This document shows, piece after piece, positions 20,934 through 32,701 of a stretch of DNA of 36,425 bases. How positions within the stretch are numbered: position 1 is the first letter of the stretch; each line of letters starts with the position of its first letter. Source of the stretch: Trypethelium eluteriae (taxonomy: Eukaryota); contig JAVECL010000202.1 of assembly GCA_051942245.1 (NCBI GenBank), positions 1 through 36,425 on the forward strand. The letters are read 5' to 3'. Made by a program: the position numbers and the translations under genes. The notes beneath the pieces are model-generated. The model was not told the origin of the DNA, did no database searches, and was given only the letters and a program-made list of their open reading frames with translations.

Positions 20934-23012
20934 TCACAATCCCGAGTCGTCCTTCAAATACACTGGGTTCCCATTGTAGTAGTTGGCCCAGTTGGTGCAC
21001 GTCTTGTTCCAGTTAGCATCTGGCAGCGGTATTGTGTTCTTGCTCTCCAAGAACTGCACGCCCAGGCCTTCAGAGACGTGCCAGGCGATGTGGCAGTGCA
21101 TGAGCCAGGCGCCCGGGTTGTCGGCAGGGAACGCGATGACGAGCCAGCCACCACCGGGCAAGAAGGTGACGTCGCGGCGGGTCGGATTCACGAAATTGAG
21201 GTTGGGCGTATCCACGGCCTTATCAAAGACGCCCGTGCCGTTTCCGAGGACGTAGAAGTCGTGGCCGTGAAGATGTATAGGGTGCGGAATAGGAGCAGGA
21301 GTACCAGCCGTCTCTTGAATGATCCAGTAGGTCCACTATTGTGCACAGGGTTAGTGACTCGTCCTTATTAGATGGCAGGTACCATATGGTGGAAAGGACT
21401 TACCGTGCCCTCATCCGGGATCTCAATCAGGTTATATGTCTGCGGATAGCTCGTGTTACCGGTTATGACATACTCCAATGTCGGATCTCTCCAGTCAATG
21501 TCAATAGCGGTGAGGTTAATGCCCCACACCGCGATGTTCTGACCGTTCGTCGTGACCTGCACCTGGTCGATATCGACCTCCAAGTCCTTGACCTGGCTGA
21601 GGAACGTCGTGTTGGGCACCATATTGGAGACATATGGGACGATGACGCTTTCGGGTTGGCAGACGCTATCGGGGGTAGTAGATGTAGTAGCAGGGGTGGC
21701 CGAAGTGACGGTGGAGTAAGTAAAGACTGATCGGCCGTAGAAAGAATTTGCACTCGCGCAATCCGCTGCAACCTCAGCACGGAACCAGTAGTTTCCGGGT
21801 GCTTGGTTGGCGGTAAAGACGACGTCGTAGCGTTGACCAATGGCGAGAAGGATCCAGTTCGTTGTGAATGGCTTGATCGGGACAAAATCGGAAGTGATAA
21901 CAGTAAATGGGTGGTTGTCCAAGGAAACCCGGATTTGGCTGTCTACGGAGGAATTGATCAACCTGAGACGATATTTCTTGCCCTTGGTGATAGTTTGAAC
22001 GTCGTAAGCGCCAGCACCGGCAGAGTTCTTGTTTTTACCGTTGACTAAAATCGTGTCAGGAACGGGAGGTCCCTGGTGATTTTGTAGATTTTGATTCGCA
22101 ATGTCCTCAAGTTGGAACGCAGTATTGTTATGGTACCACTCGTTGATGGGGTAAGCCCCGAGGTCGATATCGTAATTAGCGGTAGCTGGTCCATCGATGA
22201 TGATTTGACCAATAAGACCGTCCCCGTATTGTGCACTGTAGTGAGAATGGTACCACGAAGTACCGAACTGAGTGGCTTGGAATAGGTAGGTCTTTGTGTC
22301 ACCGGGAGCCAATGGACCTAGATCAGTTAATGATTTGTGATAGATACTAATCGATCGCACTATGAAACTTACATTCAGTGATTCCATTTACACCATCCTG
22401 GGAAGTAGTTCCTAGTTGACGAATTCCGTGCCAGTGAATGCTTGTTCCGTTGTTTTGAAGGGAGTTCTTGACCGTAACCGAGATCATATCACCCCAGTCT
22501 GCATTATTGTTAGTAGATCAACGCCAAGGCGGATGTACGGACAAACACTTACTGGCACGGATCGTGGGTCCTGGATATTGATTGTTGAACAGGAAACATA
22601 GCTTGCTGCCATTTCCGTCCGGGTTGCACGTGGTGTTGGTAACCTCAATGTTGTAGGACACAGTCTTTCCTGTATTTGGCCATTTCTTATCAAAGTCGGT
22701 AGCAATACTGAAACCATTTCCCCAGCAACTTCTGGTCAAGGGGCTGTTCGTGCATGCTGAATCGGGAGCCTTGGAAGTTGTTGACGAGCCAGAAGCTGGC
22801 GTCGTAGGAGATGCTGAAGATGAAGATGCCGGTACTACTGAACCGGACAGAATAGTAGCCGTGGAGGCTGAAGAAGTCGTGGCACGCTTAATCATATGAT
22901 TGCCTGCAGGACCATTTTCACCCCACATGATATGGTCGAACGGCATCTGCATCGCCATGGACGATGAGGTCATGGCCAAAAGGCCTGTGGCCAAGCAACG
23001 AGTGAGTAACAT
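20934..23012 (-). CDS. Laccase (multicopper oxidase, CAZy AA1), 633 aa, 4 exons (23012-22553, 22498-22373, 22317-21404, 21335-20934)
   Basis: Seen: all four Cu-binding motifs ([30 protein letters not shown]), C-terminal DSGL, signal peptide and KR pro-site; three canonical introns keep the frame. Knowledge: DSGL terminus is characteristic of ascomycete laccases. Confidence 0.97.
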
Positions 23013-24645
23013 AATGGGTTAGCGATAAAAGAAGGACTTGATCAATTTGATGTTAGCCTCTGAAAGAAATGGCTTTGAACGAAGGCAGCCTGATATCAAC
23101 GAAAGGAAGCTGATTTTGTCAGAGCATGAAGAACAAAGGGACCTACAGCTACAATTTATATGCAGCTAAAACTACAACCAGGGAGCAGCATTTGCACTTT
23201 TCGTAGGGTTCTAGATGCTGATCCTACAGCTTCCCGAATTGGGGCACAGAAATGTTAGGATGCAGGGCGAGACTTTTGCTGTCCAAGTCATGAGCTATTA
23301 GCTCGATATGGCTGGATCAAACGAAGATGGCGTGTAAAGTTGGAACGGCAAGGAACGGCTGAACGCCATGTCCTCGCCGAATATGGAGATTGGTGAAGAC
23401 AAACGAAAAATGTGGGTTTCAATCCTTTCGTACTGCGGCTTGATGCCCAGAAACAATGGTGGAAGCTTGAAGGGAAGAGTCCCCGGCCAGGCTCATAGCT
23501 CTGACTTTGATTCCGATCTTGATGGCCTTCAGATGGTACACTTGTCCCACTCGCCCCAATCTAGAAATAGAATCGCTAATCTTCGTGTACGTACGAGGAG
23601 CGGTACGAGAGAGCTACCAGATTACGAGTCTCACTGTTGACTGCCTAGAAGTCAAACCACGAGGCCGTCGTAACAGCCTCGTTGCCTTCTCCTGCGGTTC
23701 CGGTATCCATGGTATATCCGGCCAGGGTTCTCGAAATTTCAGGATGGAGAAAAGAGCGTAAAGGCGAATTTCACATTCGGATAGCTCGGCTCCCCAAGGT
23801 ACGATGACTGCATCAGCAGCAAGAATCCAATTATCTGGCAAAGAAAGCGATGTTTAAGGTTCTGCCGAAGTCGCTCCATGGTCTCAGGGTACGTATTGCA
23901 GCCTGCACAAGAGGACACCCGAGCATCCATGTCTTAGAAACCAGAAATGGATGGAGGATCTGAGCGCCCAAGTAGGTGAATAGTAGTCATACGACCCGGC
24001 TCCTTCCACGTGCTCAGCCGCAAATACACCTAACTGTCCATGGCGTTGGGCTGATTCTAATCATAGGGTACGAAAATCACCGGAGGCGAGCAACTAAAGC
24101 GATCAACTCTTGGCGATGAATGGAAATAGCAAATCAGAAACCTCGAAGTCTCGTAAACGTATTCGTCCCAGACCCAGTCCTACGGGAATGAGGAAGATGC
24201 CTTGACCGCGAAGGTAAACGCCACTGGTAGATGCACCCTACGTTGTCGCTTCGCGCGGGTTGCGCTGCAAAACAAGGATGATGCGGAATCGGAGGAGACT
24301 CAGCTCTTATTCAGAAAAGTTTCGGATGATGGCGGAATATTTGGAAGGGTCCAGCAAGGTCGTGAGCACGGCTGTGTTCGGAGAATTGGCATTTGCAGGT
24401 GCTGGCGAGGTTGGAATCTGGACCTTTGCACGCTACGGTCGGTGCTGCGCCTTGATCCACCGCTTGCGCAGGAGATGAACGGAGCGCGGCAGATCTACAG
24501 CGCTTCAAGCTCAGGGATTATTAAGACATCCATCGGGCACTTTCTCATGCATGTAATCGAAAGCGAACAGGTCATTGCATCGAACCCTGTTGGTCTAAAC
24601 GAAAGCAAGAACGATTGGTTCGGCTGTGATGCCTCTGCAGTTGTC

Positions 24646-26239
24646 TCAATACACATACGGTATAATCCTGTACCGCACCTTCTCGCAATATCTATCCCAG
24701 TCCTTGCCGTATTTTCTCCTGCATTTCTCCTCGTCTCTCCTCTCCCGATGCAGCAGGAGCACAGCAAAGTACAGCATGTAGAAATAGGTAAAAATCATTC
24801 CCCATCCCATTGCCTCACCAGGCACGGCTTTAGACGACACGCCCAGACCACCACTAGGCATACCGTCGGCAGTGGCATGGCCGGTCAAATGAGGTACTGG
24901 GGAGGACTTCGTAATGATATATCCTGCAATCCCTGTGGGCAGACAATATGACCATGACATGAGCCAGTCTCCGAGGTAATTGATATGTCTTGCTCGGCCC
25001 CACCATCCAGTAGTTAGAAGCCGACTGCCTGACTTTGTCTCGATGTACTGCAAGTGCGCGACCCGTGGATCATTGGGATTCGTGCGAAATAGGTTCTTTT
25101 CGTTGTTGGTCGCTCGGAAAATGTAATATCCAGCCAATTGAACAGCCACAACGCCTAAACTACCACTGATTCCAAGAGTGACAGGGTGAACAGATAGATA
25201 TCGTGCTTGGATCGAGTATGTAAATGGAAGCCACACCAGATCTCCGAAGGCAAGCATAAAACCAAATCCATCGGTGATGATATCGATGGTTGTCAAAATC
25301 GCTGACTCCATCCAGAGCGCATCGAAGACATAGACAGCTTGAGCAATATTCACCAAGACGATACTGTCCGTAATGTAGCCATAGTTCTTATATTGACGAG
25401 CTGTGAAGGCCAGGTCAAGAAGAATCCAGCCCAGCATCCCCGGCCGCAACTCCATAAAGGCCTTAATGTCGATTTCGCCAAAGAATGGAAGCTTGACACG
25501 AGGGTTGAGCTCACGGCCGATGAAAAAGTCGTATACCGCATTTCCCGTATGTCCACCAAGAGCAAGTTCTCTACTTTCCTTATTCCCTTTCTTGACTGAG
25601 AAGCTAGCAACATAGACATATGTTGCAAGCGCATAGGATATGATCAGATTTGTGGTCAGGATGGGAACGTAATTGTCATATATGAATGTCCATAGCGGAA
25701 AATCCGCGCCTTGCAAAACAGTACCGGCGGCTGCAATGACCATGATAAACACAGCCGAGGAGAATGCTATCGCGAATTGAGATCAGTATCTGGGCATGTG
25801 CCTTCAGTGTGAGAACATACCATTGAATTTGTATTTCAATCTCCCGCCAGAGCGGAGTTCCGTCCCCTCGACTTCTCGAGAAGGCAGTACAGTGTTTAAC
25901 GTCAAACTCAAAAGGTAATAGCCAGTGACCGCAACAACGGACTGTCGATTAATAAGGCTGTCGACGCCTTGCCAGCCTGTTTCGTCGGATAATCGCTTCA
26001 GACTCAAGTTCCGAGGGTGCAGCAGACTTGGAGCAGGGCAACCAGATATATCGTTGCATAGAAAAGCGAACATGTAACATAGTATCGGCAAGCCGAGCGT
26101 GAGGACGAGGGCACCAAGTCTGGACCTGTCAATTGACTGCAACAAGTTGTACTAGCTCATTGTCAACTTACGGTCCTCCAAACTCATATCCGTGAGAGGA
26201 AGATGATTCCGAAGCGCTCTCTCGTTTTTTCGGCGGCAT
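24646..26239 (-). CDS. ERG24: Delta14-sterol reductase, 495 aa, 3 exons (26239-26172, 26119-25821, 25766-24646)
   Basis: Seen: YEFGGP|LGA, EGTELRSGGRLKYKFN, YDFFIGRELNPR, ELRPG, DIITDGFGFMLAFGDLVW, GWWGRARHINYLGD, LLHRERRDEEKCRRKYG, YRIIPYVY. Knowledge: ERG4/ERG24 family; GRELNPR and DGFGFML point to Erg24. Confidence 0.94.
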
Positions 26240-26636
26240 TGTGGAAATTGGTTTGATGCGCGATCGTTACTCCTGACTGAGTGTGTGCGATGTGAAGGGC
26301 TAAAAAAGATCCATCCAACTTCAGCAGAGGCCTGCGCCTTTATGTGGTTTCGAAAGGAAGCTCGACATTGCGTGGTCGTAGCTCTAGTGGTCGATTGTCA
26401 CGGAAAGATGAAGCTCCGTAGATCGTACGAGACGGGATACAAGCGTCAGATCTTATGCAGTTGCACAACTACACGTAAATGTTTAATATGCAGTACTCCG
26501 TACATGTAGGAACCTCTGCCACATCTCCGCCACTTTGCGCGGGTGCCCGCGCAACCCAGCCAGGTACGACATACGGAGCATTATTTCCTCTTCCCCTAGT
26601 TCTAGCATTTACAAACCCTATGATATTCGTGCGAGA
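26240..26636. promoter_or_regulatory. Compact bidirectional promoter between ERG24 and the MRL1-like gene
   Basis: Seen: divergent ATGs 397 nt apart; contains ATCGTACGAG (26422-26431) and the inverted repeat TTGCGCGGG-TG-CCCGCGCAA (26535-26554). Confidence 0.65.
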
Positions 26637-27971
26637 ATGAAAATTTCACCATCAGCATGGGCAGCTGCTGCGCTCATTTTTCCGAATCCTCTGGCGTCCG
26701 CTGCAAAGGAGTCAGCTGCGCGATCATGTACGGAGAAATCATCCAGCACAGGTTCCTTCTTTGACTTGAGTCCGATTTCAATACCATCGCACGGCAAGAA
26801 GTCTGCGAAGAATGCCAGAAAAGAGAGCTGGCAAGCAAACGGATACGACTACGGTTCCAATTTCACTCTCAATTTCTGCGCTCCAGTGGTGGAAGAGCTG
26901 GATAAAGTGGAAGGCATACGTGAGAAGGAACAGGAAGATGTTGGTGCATACTATGAGGACGATGGGAGAGTCTACTCAATAGGGTGAGTACAGCTGCTTT
27001 CGGTCAAGGAAATAGGTTCCACGTTTCGCAGCATCTTGTCCATTTCCAAGGTGACAGTACCTAGACGAAACGGAGACGACTGACGACAGTATCTGCGTAG
27101 ATCGGCAAACAATAAACTTAAACTCCGCGGTCGCAAGCTCGTCCTCGTATATGAAAGTGGCTCGCCGTGCGGCGACAAAGATGGCTACGACCGCCGTTCC
27201 CTTAGTCCAGACAGCGGATACCAAGGGCTCAGCTCTCGTAACAGCAGTAAGGGTAAGGGAAGGCATGGTGACGATGATGACGATGACGACGACCGCGACC
27301 CCGATCAAGAAGATGATGATGATGATGATGAAGATGATGGCGACGGAGAGAATAACGACGACGACTATGATGATGATGATGACGGCGATGATGAGGACGA
27401 TGATCCGCCACCTACAAAAGGCAGCAAACACCAGCGGAGAAAATCAACCGTCATTTCCTTTCTCTGCGATAGAGATCCTCTGAAGGCAGATGCAAGTGTT
27501 GCCTTTGTCGCTGCAAGCCCAGATGAGTGCACATATTTCTTCGAAGTTCGATCACCAGCTGCTTGCGGACGGAGCGAATCGTCAAGATCAGGGCTTGGAC
27601 CGGGCGGCGTCTTTGGTATTATGTAAGTGAAATTCTCTAGATTGGCTGACTTGATAAGCCTGTATTAACATTACGGGCTCTTTAGTGTTCTTATTGCCCT
27701 CAGCGTTTACCTCGTCGGCGGCTGCGTCTACCAACGCACCGTCATGCATCAGCGTGGATGGCGTCAAATTCCCAATTATTCGTTTTGGGCATCCATTTTT
27801 GGGTTCATTCAGGACTTGTTCATCATTGTCTTTTCGTCTTGTGCTCGATTTCTTCCAAGCCGGAGAGGTTACACAAGAGTATCTGCCAACGGAAGTGCAC
27901 GGGGCCGTGGAAGCAATTCTGAAGATGAAAATCGCCTCATCGACCAGCTAGATGAGGAGTGGGATGATTAG
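26637..27971 (+). CDS. MRL1: Mannose-6-phosphate receptor-like vacuolar sorting receptor (Mrl1 type), 384 aa, 3 exons (26637-26983, 27101-27622, 27686-27971)
   Basis: Seen: signal peptide; CTEKSSSTGSFFDLSPI, GYDYGSNFTLNFC, LVLVYESGSPC, STVISFLCDRD, ECTYFFEVRSPAAC; TM GVFGIIVLIALSVYLVGG; RGWRQIPNYSFW; acidic tail DENRLIDQLDEEWDD. Knowledge: MRH domain + TM + sorting tail as in the Mrl1/CD-MPR/Atg27 family. Confidence 0.87.
27271..27404 (+). repeat. Imperfect (GAY)n trinucleotide tract encoding an Asp-rich insert in the receptor
   Basis: Seen directly: runs of GAT/GAC giving DDDDDDDDRDPDQEDDDDDDEDDGDGENNDDDYDDDDDGDDEDDD in the coding frame. Confidence 0.9.
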
Positions 27972-28677
27972 TCGGTTGGGGTTGCCTATCTTTCCCTTGC
28001 AGTGGTGGATATTGTACGATTAGTAGTTTTCAAGATATGGAGCCCGGTGTCTATAATCTGGTGTTCTATCGGAGAGTACCTATATGCCTGATGCCTTGAA
28101 TCTTGGCTACACGATTTGTGTATGAACCAATGTTAGCAGCAAGAGATTGTGCATACATATATCTATAGAGGTCGCTTTTTGACCAGGCCTCCGATACGTA
28201 TGTGGAGCTTACGTCATAAGGGTAGTGCTAATGGGTCATGCCATAAAATTGCTCTACGGAGTAATAGCGGAAAAACAAACGCGACGCGAGCATCTCACCC
28301 AAATCTAAACAAAATAGGTACGATAGACAGCAACGTATTCACCGCGCACGTAAGGTAGAGGTACCTGCATGTACCATCTCGTGACCTTGCTAAATAGCTA
28401 AATTCTCACTTGGCATTCTTCACTTGGGTACCTATTCATTCTTCGGAGCGGACCGTAGCCTCTCTTCGCTTATACCTCCCTTTCTAATGCCTCACATATC
28501 CGGGATGCTTTAACGAATACTATCCCCAGTGAACTACCAAAGAGGTTTACCTACATATTCGTAGACCCGCAGAGCTACCTACTCGTTTTATTTTCCCCCA
28601 AATGCCTCCTCTCCCATGAAAATTGAGAAGTACCTCGCGTCATCCGTGTGCTGTGGCAGTTTACGCCACTGGACAAG

Positions 28678-31600
28678 ATGGGGTTTCGCGAACGAGCCAT
28701 AGCTTGCATTCCATGGCAGCCAGACATGAAAGCATCACGATATTGGGTTGGTATTCTGCATCATACAAAGGACCCAAAACAAGAAGTTACCCAGATGGAC
28801 TTTGTCTGGATCAAAGCCAATAATGTAAGAATGCCCACAATATATTACTAAGTCTTCTAATATTTGGTGGACAGAAAATTACCGTGTAGACGTGCTACTT
28901 GAAATACAAAGAGAAGCGACCAGTGAACATTGAGCTCATGCTTGAAGATCAAGTGCCCGCAGAGAGCTTAACTCTGGCACGTGTCAACTACTACGAGGAC
29001 AATATCATTATATTCCATGCTGTGGAGCGTACCCTGTCTGCGCCACAGACCTCCAGTGTGCAAATGTCACTTGAAGACTCGCAAGCTTTGGGAACTCAAA
29101 CATTAGAAGATCCGTACCAATCTAACGATGCACACATTGAGCGTAAGCAGAGCCAAAGCAGAGCAGACACTGTTGGAACTGAAGCTCGGTGCACTACCAC
29201 ATCTCAATCTCCATCTATTCAACCCACGCCCAGTCTCCCAGCAGCCGCCGACACCTCCATGCAAGAGTCCTCTAAAGCCCGCCTTCAGCAAAGCCCGGCT
29301 AACGACAATCAAATTCAAACATATGTGCAGTACTTGTTGAAGGAGGATGCTGATCATCAGATTGAGTTACTAGAAGCTGGGACCCGGAAAGGTGTGCAAT
29401 TGCTTGATGAGCTTAAGGTGATCCTGGATAATGGCTCCTCAGGCAATCTCGACGTCCTCCACTGGATTAATCAAATCTCCGCCATCAAATCACAGGCCGC
29501 TCCATCCAAGACCGTCATTGGCGTCGCTGGGGATACAGGTGCTGGCAAAAGCAGTGTCATTAATGCACTTCTTGATGAAGAGCGGCTAGTTCCCACGAAT
29601 TGTATGCGGGCTTGCACCGCAGTCGTCACGGAAATTTCGTTCAATGAAAGCCAGGAAGAATCCAGCAGATATCGAGCGAAGATTGAATTCATCAAACAAG
29701 AGGACTGGGCAAAGGAGCTTGGGGTGCTTCTTAAGGACCTGCTGGATCAAAGCGGCAAATTTTCCCGAGACACTCAGCAACTTGATAGCGAAGCCGGCAT
29801 TGCGTACGCCAAAATTAAGGCGGTGTATCCCCACAAGACCAAGGACGAGCTTGAGATGATTGCGCAGTCAGGGTGGGAGAGATTGCTGAACGATCCGTCA
29901 GTTCGGGGCATTCTCAGTACTACGGAGAGCATCAAGGAGTCAGAAAGCGATCGCTTCTACAGTCGATTACAGCGTTACGTAGATAGCAAGGGCCAGACGT
30001 CACAAGATAAATCCAAGAAAGATAGAGGGGAGAAAAAGAGGATGGAATACTGGCCGTTGATCAAAGTCGTGAGGATTTTTACCAAAGCTCCTGTCTTGTC
30101 TACCGGCGCCGTCATCGTTGATCTACCAGGCGTCCAAGATTCCAACGCTGCTCGCCAGGCAGTGTGCGAAGGCTATATAAAGCGATGCAATGGACTTTGG
30201 ATCGTAGCACCAATTATTCGCGCGGTTGATAACAAAGCTGCCAAGGACCTCCTTGGGGAGTCATTCAAGCGCCAGCTTAAATATGATGGTACATATGGAA
30301 ACATCACCTTTGTTTGCTCCAAGACAGATGATATTTCCATTACTGAGGCGTATTCGGCATTCGATCTCGACGAGACAATGTCGGAGAGCTACGATAGAGC
30401 TACGCAGCTTGAGAGCCTGATAGAGGAAGCCGAGAACAATCGTGCTAAGCACAAGAGCACTCTGAAACGTCAAAAATTAATGCTCGAAGCAATTGATGGA
30501 CGAATTGACAGGTGGGAAGATCGAAAAACAGATCTTGCGGACCAAAAGCCCGTCCACGACAGTTCCGAAGAAGACGAGAAAGATCTTGACGATGGAGAAA
30601 ACGTCTCCGATAGTTTCGAGCAATACAAGAAGCGCAAGCGTAGCCCACATAAATCACCACGGTCACATCGTTGGTCCAAGAAGGCCAGAGCTGGCTGTGA
30701 CTTGGACGAGGAAATGAGTTCTGACAATTCCAGCATCGATACAGTCTCGGAAGACTATGACATGGAAGAGAAGGAGCAGGATCGAAAACCTAGAGCCCCG
30801 CTTACCGTAAAACAGGTCGACGACAAGCTTTTGGAGCTCAAAGAGATGAAGAACGAGACCCGCAAACAATGCGCAGAAATGAGGAAGGAAGTGGATCAAG
30901 CAGATCAAAAAGTCAATGAACTTAAAGAGGCGAAGCTAAATTGTGAATCTCAAATCCGGGCGGCCTGCATAGCGGAGAGAAATCGGCGATCCAAAGACGC
31001 AATTCAGCAAGATTTTGCGTCAGGTATTAAGGAACTTGAGCAGGAGAATGCCATCGAGGAAGATGAAGATAACTTTGATCCGGGAAAGGATCTCCGAGAC
31101 TACGACGAGGTGGCCCGCTCACTTCCCGTCTTTTGCATTAGCAGTCGCGCATACCAAAAGCTCTCTGGTCACTTTCGGAAAGACCCAGACATTGTAGGAT
31201 TCACAAACGTGGACCAGACAGAGGTCCCTCAATTAAAGTCTCATTGTATCAAGCTTACTGAGGCCGGTCGTGCTGGTGATTGCCGCAACTTCCTGAATAG
31301 TCTGAACCAAATTCTCAATTCTCTCAGCCTTTGGTCATCGAACGAAGGGACTGAAGGGAGGTGGTCAGACGCACAAAAGGATGTAGAGGACCAAGTACTT
31401 CAAGAGCAACTTCAAGACTTGTCCAAGGCTCTCAACCAACGTGCTGATGACTATAACACCGAGATGAAGACCTCAATGACGCAGATTTTTGGACGATTCG
31501 GGGGGGCAGTTGATGCTGCCGCACAGTGCGCTACGGATACGGTAGGACGATGGGGCGATATACCAAACCGCGACAATTATCTCGGCGGTGGAGTGCCCTA

Positions 31601-32701
31601 TATGACGTACAAGGCTCTCTGCCGTCGAGAAGGGGTTTTTACCAATGCCAAAGGAAGGCACGATTGGAATGAACAACTGTACGAGTATTTTCCTTTCGCA
31701 TTGGGTCTGGTACGTATCTCTAACGCTTTTGCAGGATCGATCCGATGATGAAAGCCCTGATGTCGACTTGGGAAAGAACTTTCCAACGACTGCCGCATAC
31801 GCTTCAGCGATTCGCAAGAGGAGCATTTGATAGCATCAGAAGCTTCCATGCAACGATAATACCGCGCGCCATCGAGAAGGGGGCCAGCCCAGTTGCCATT
31901 AAAACTCTTACCGAGCAACTTGGCACTTACCCGACTTTTCTGCAGGCCGTTGGGAACCGAGTAGCACGAGCAATCAATGACCAACAAAAGGAGGCCAGTC
32001 GACAATTCACTCCCGGGATCGCAGCTGCTCTTCGATCTGCGTACGAACAGTGTGCCAACGAGTCCGGTATGTTACCAACCTTTATACCAAAGCACACCAC
32101 TGATGTAACTTTCGCAGGCCTGGGCTCTTTTAAACGCATGAAAGCAACGATGATGCAGCACGTTGCCAACAACAAGGACCAAATGTTTGGTGACGCAGCG
32201 GCGACGGTGCAAAAGCAACTAAGGGGACTGTATCGCAATGCAGAGAATCAGCTCAAAGAACCTATCAACGAGCTCTTGGTGCGCCTCGACCGAGACTATC
32301 GTCAAATGATGCTTGGTCCAAACGTCTCGATGAACCAAGTACCACAAAAGTGGGAACAGGAAATGAAGAAGCAGATCAGCGAGCTCGTTGCTGGCGGTAG
32401 AAAGGGCTGGGAAGAAATCACAGGTCGGCCTGACGGTATGTCTATGCCAGTTAATGAGTCAAATAATCACGTCAGCCATTCAGACCAAGACAACGGGAAT
32501 CAGCTTGAGCATAATCATGCCAGTTCTGGTACCGAGGTTTTTCGCGATGCTTCTGAGCAGACAGCGAGCCGGCGAGAGCCCAGTAACTCGGGAGAAGCTG
32601 CTAATATACAGCATCAGGGAGAAAAGGAGCCGTCGGAGGACGCTCCGAAGTTGAATCAGAATCATCCAATACGGACGCTGATCAATCCAATGATAACATA
32701 G
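28678..32701 (+). CDS. Dynamin-superfamily GTPase, nuclear GTPase SLIP-GC/NUGGC-like; 5' structure uncertain
   Basis: Seen: G1 GDTGAGKS (~29529-29552), PTNCMRACTA (G2), VDLPG (G3), CSKTD (G4); basic NLS-like KKRKRSPHK; coiled coils. Intron 31679-31734 joins the 949-aa and 318-aa ORFs; in-frame intron 32067-32117. Probable upstream exon ends at donor 28825. Start codon uncertain (28678 or 28938). Confidence 0.82.

Noticed and set aside
23987..23997. CATACGACC resembling the 5S rRNA start
   Set aside because: Similarity ends after ~9 nt; no internal control region.
24202..24951. 249-aa plus-strand ORF
   Set aside because: Non-ATG start, antisense to the ERG24 3' end, no protein-like signature.
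9582..26239. Oxygen-related or biosynthetic gene cluster (globin, laccase, ERG24, Myb)
   Set aside because: Interspersed with unrelated housekeeping genes, no backbone enzyme and no shared motif seen.
26976..27483. Poly-His, poly-Ile and poly-Met ORFs
   Set aside because: Alternative-frame and antisense readings of the (GAY)n Asp tract in the receptor.
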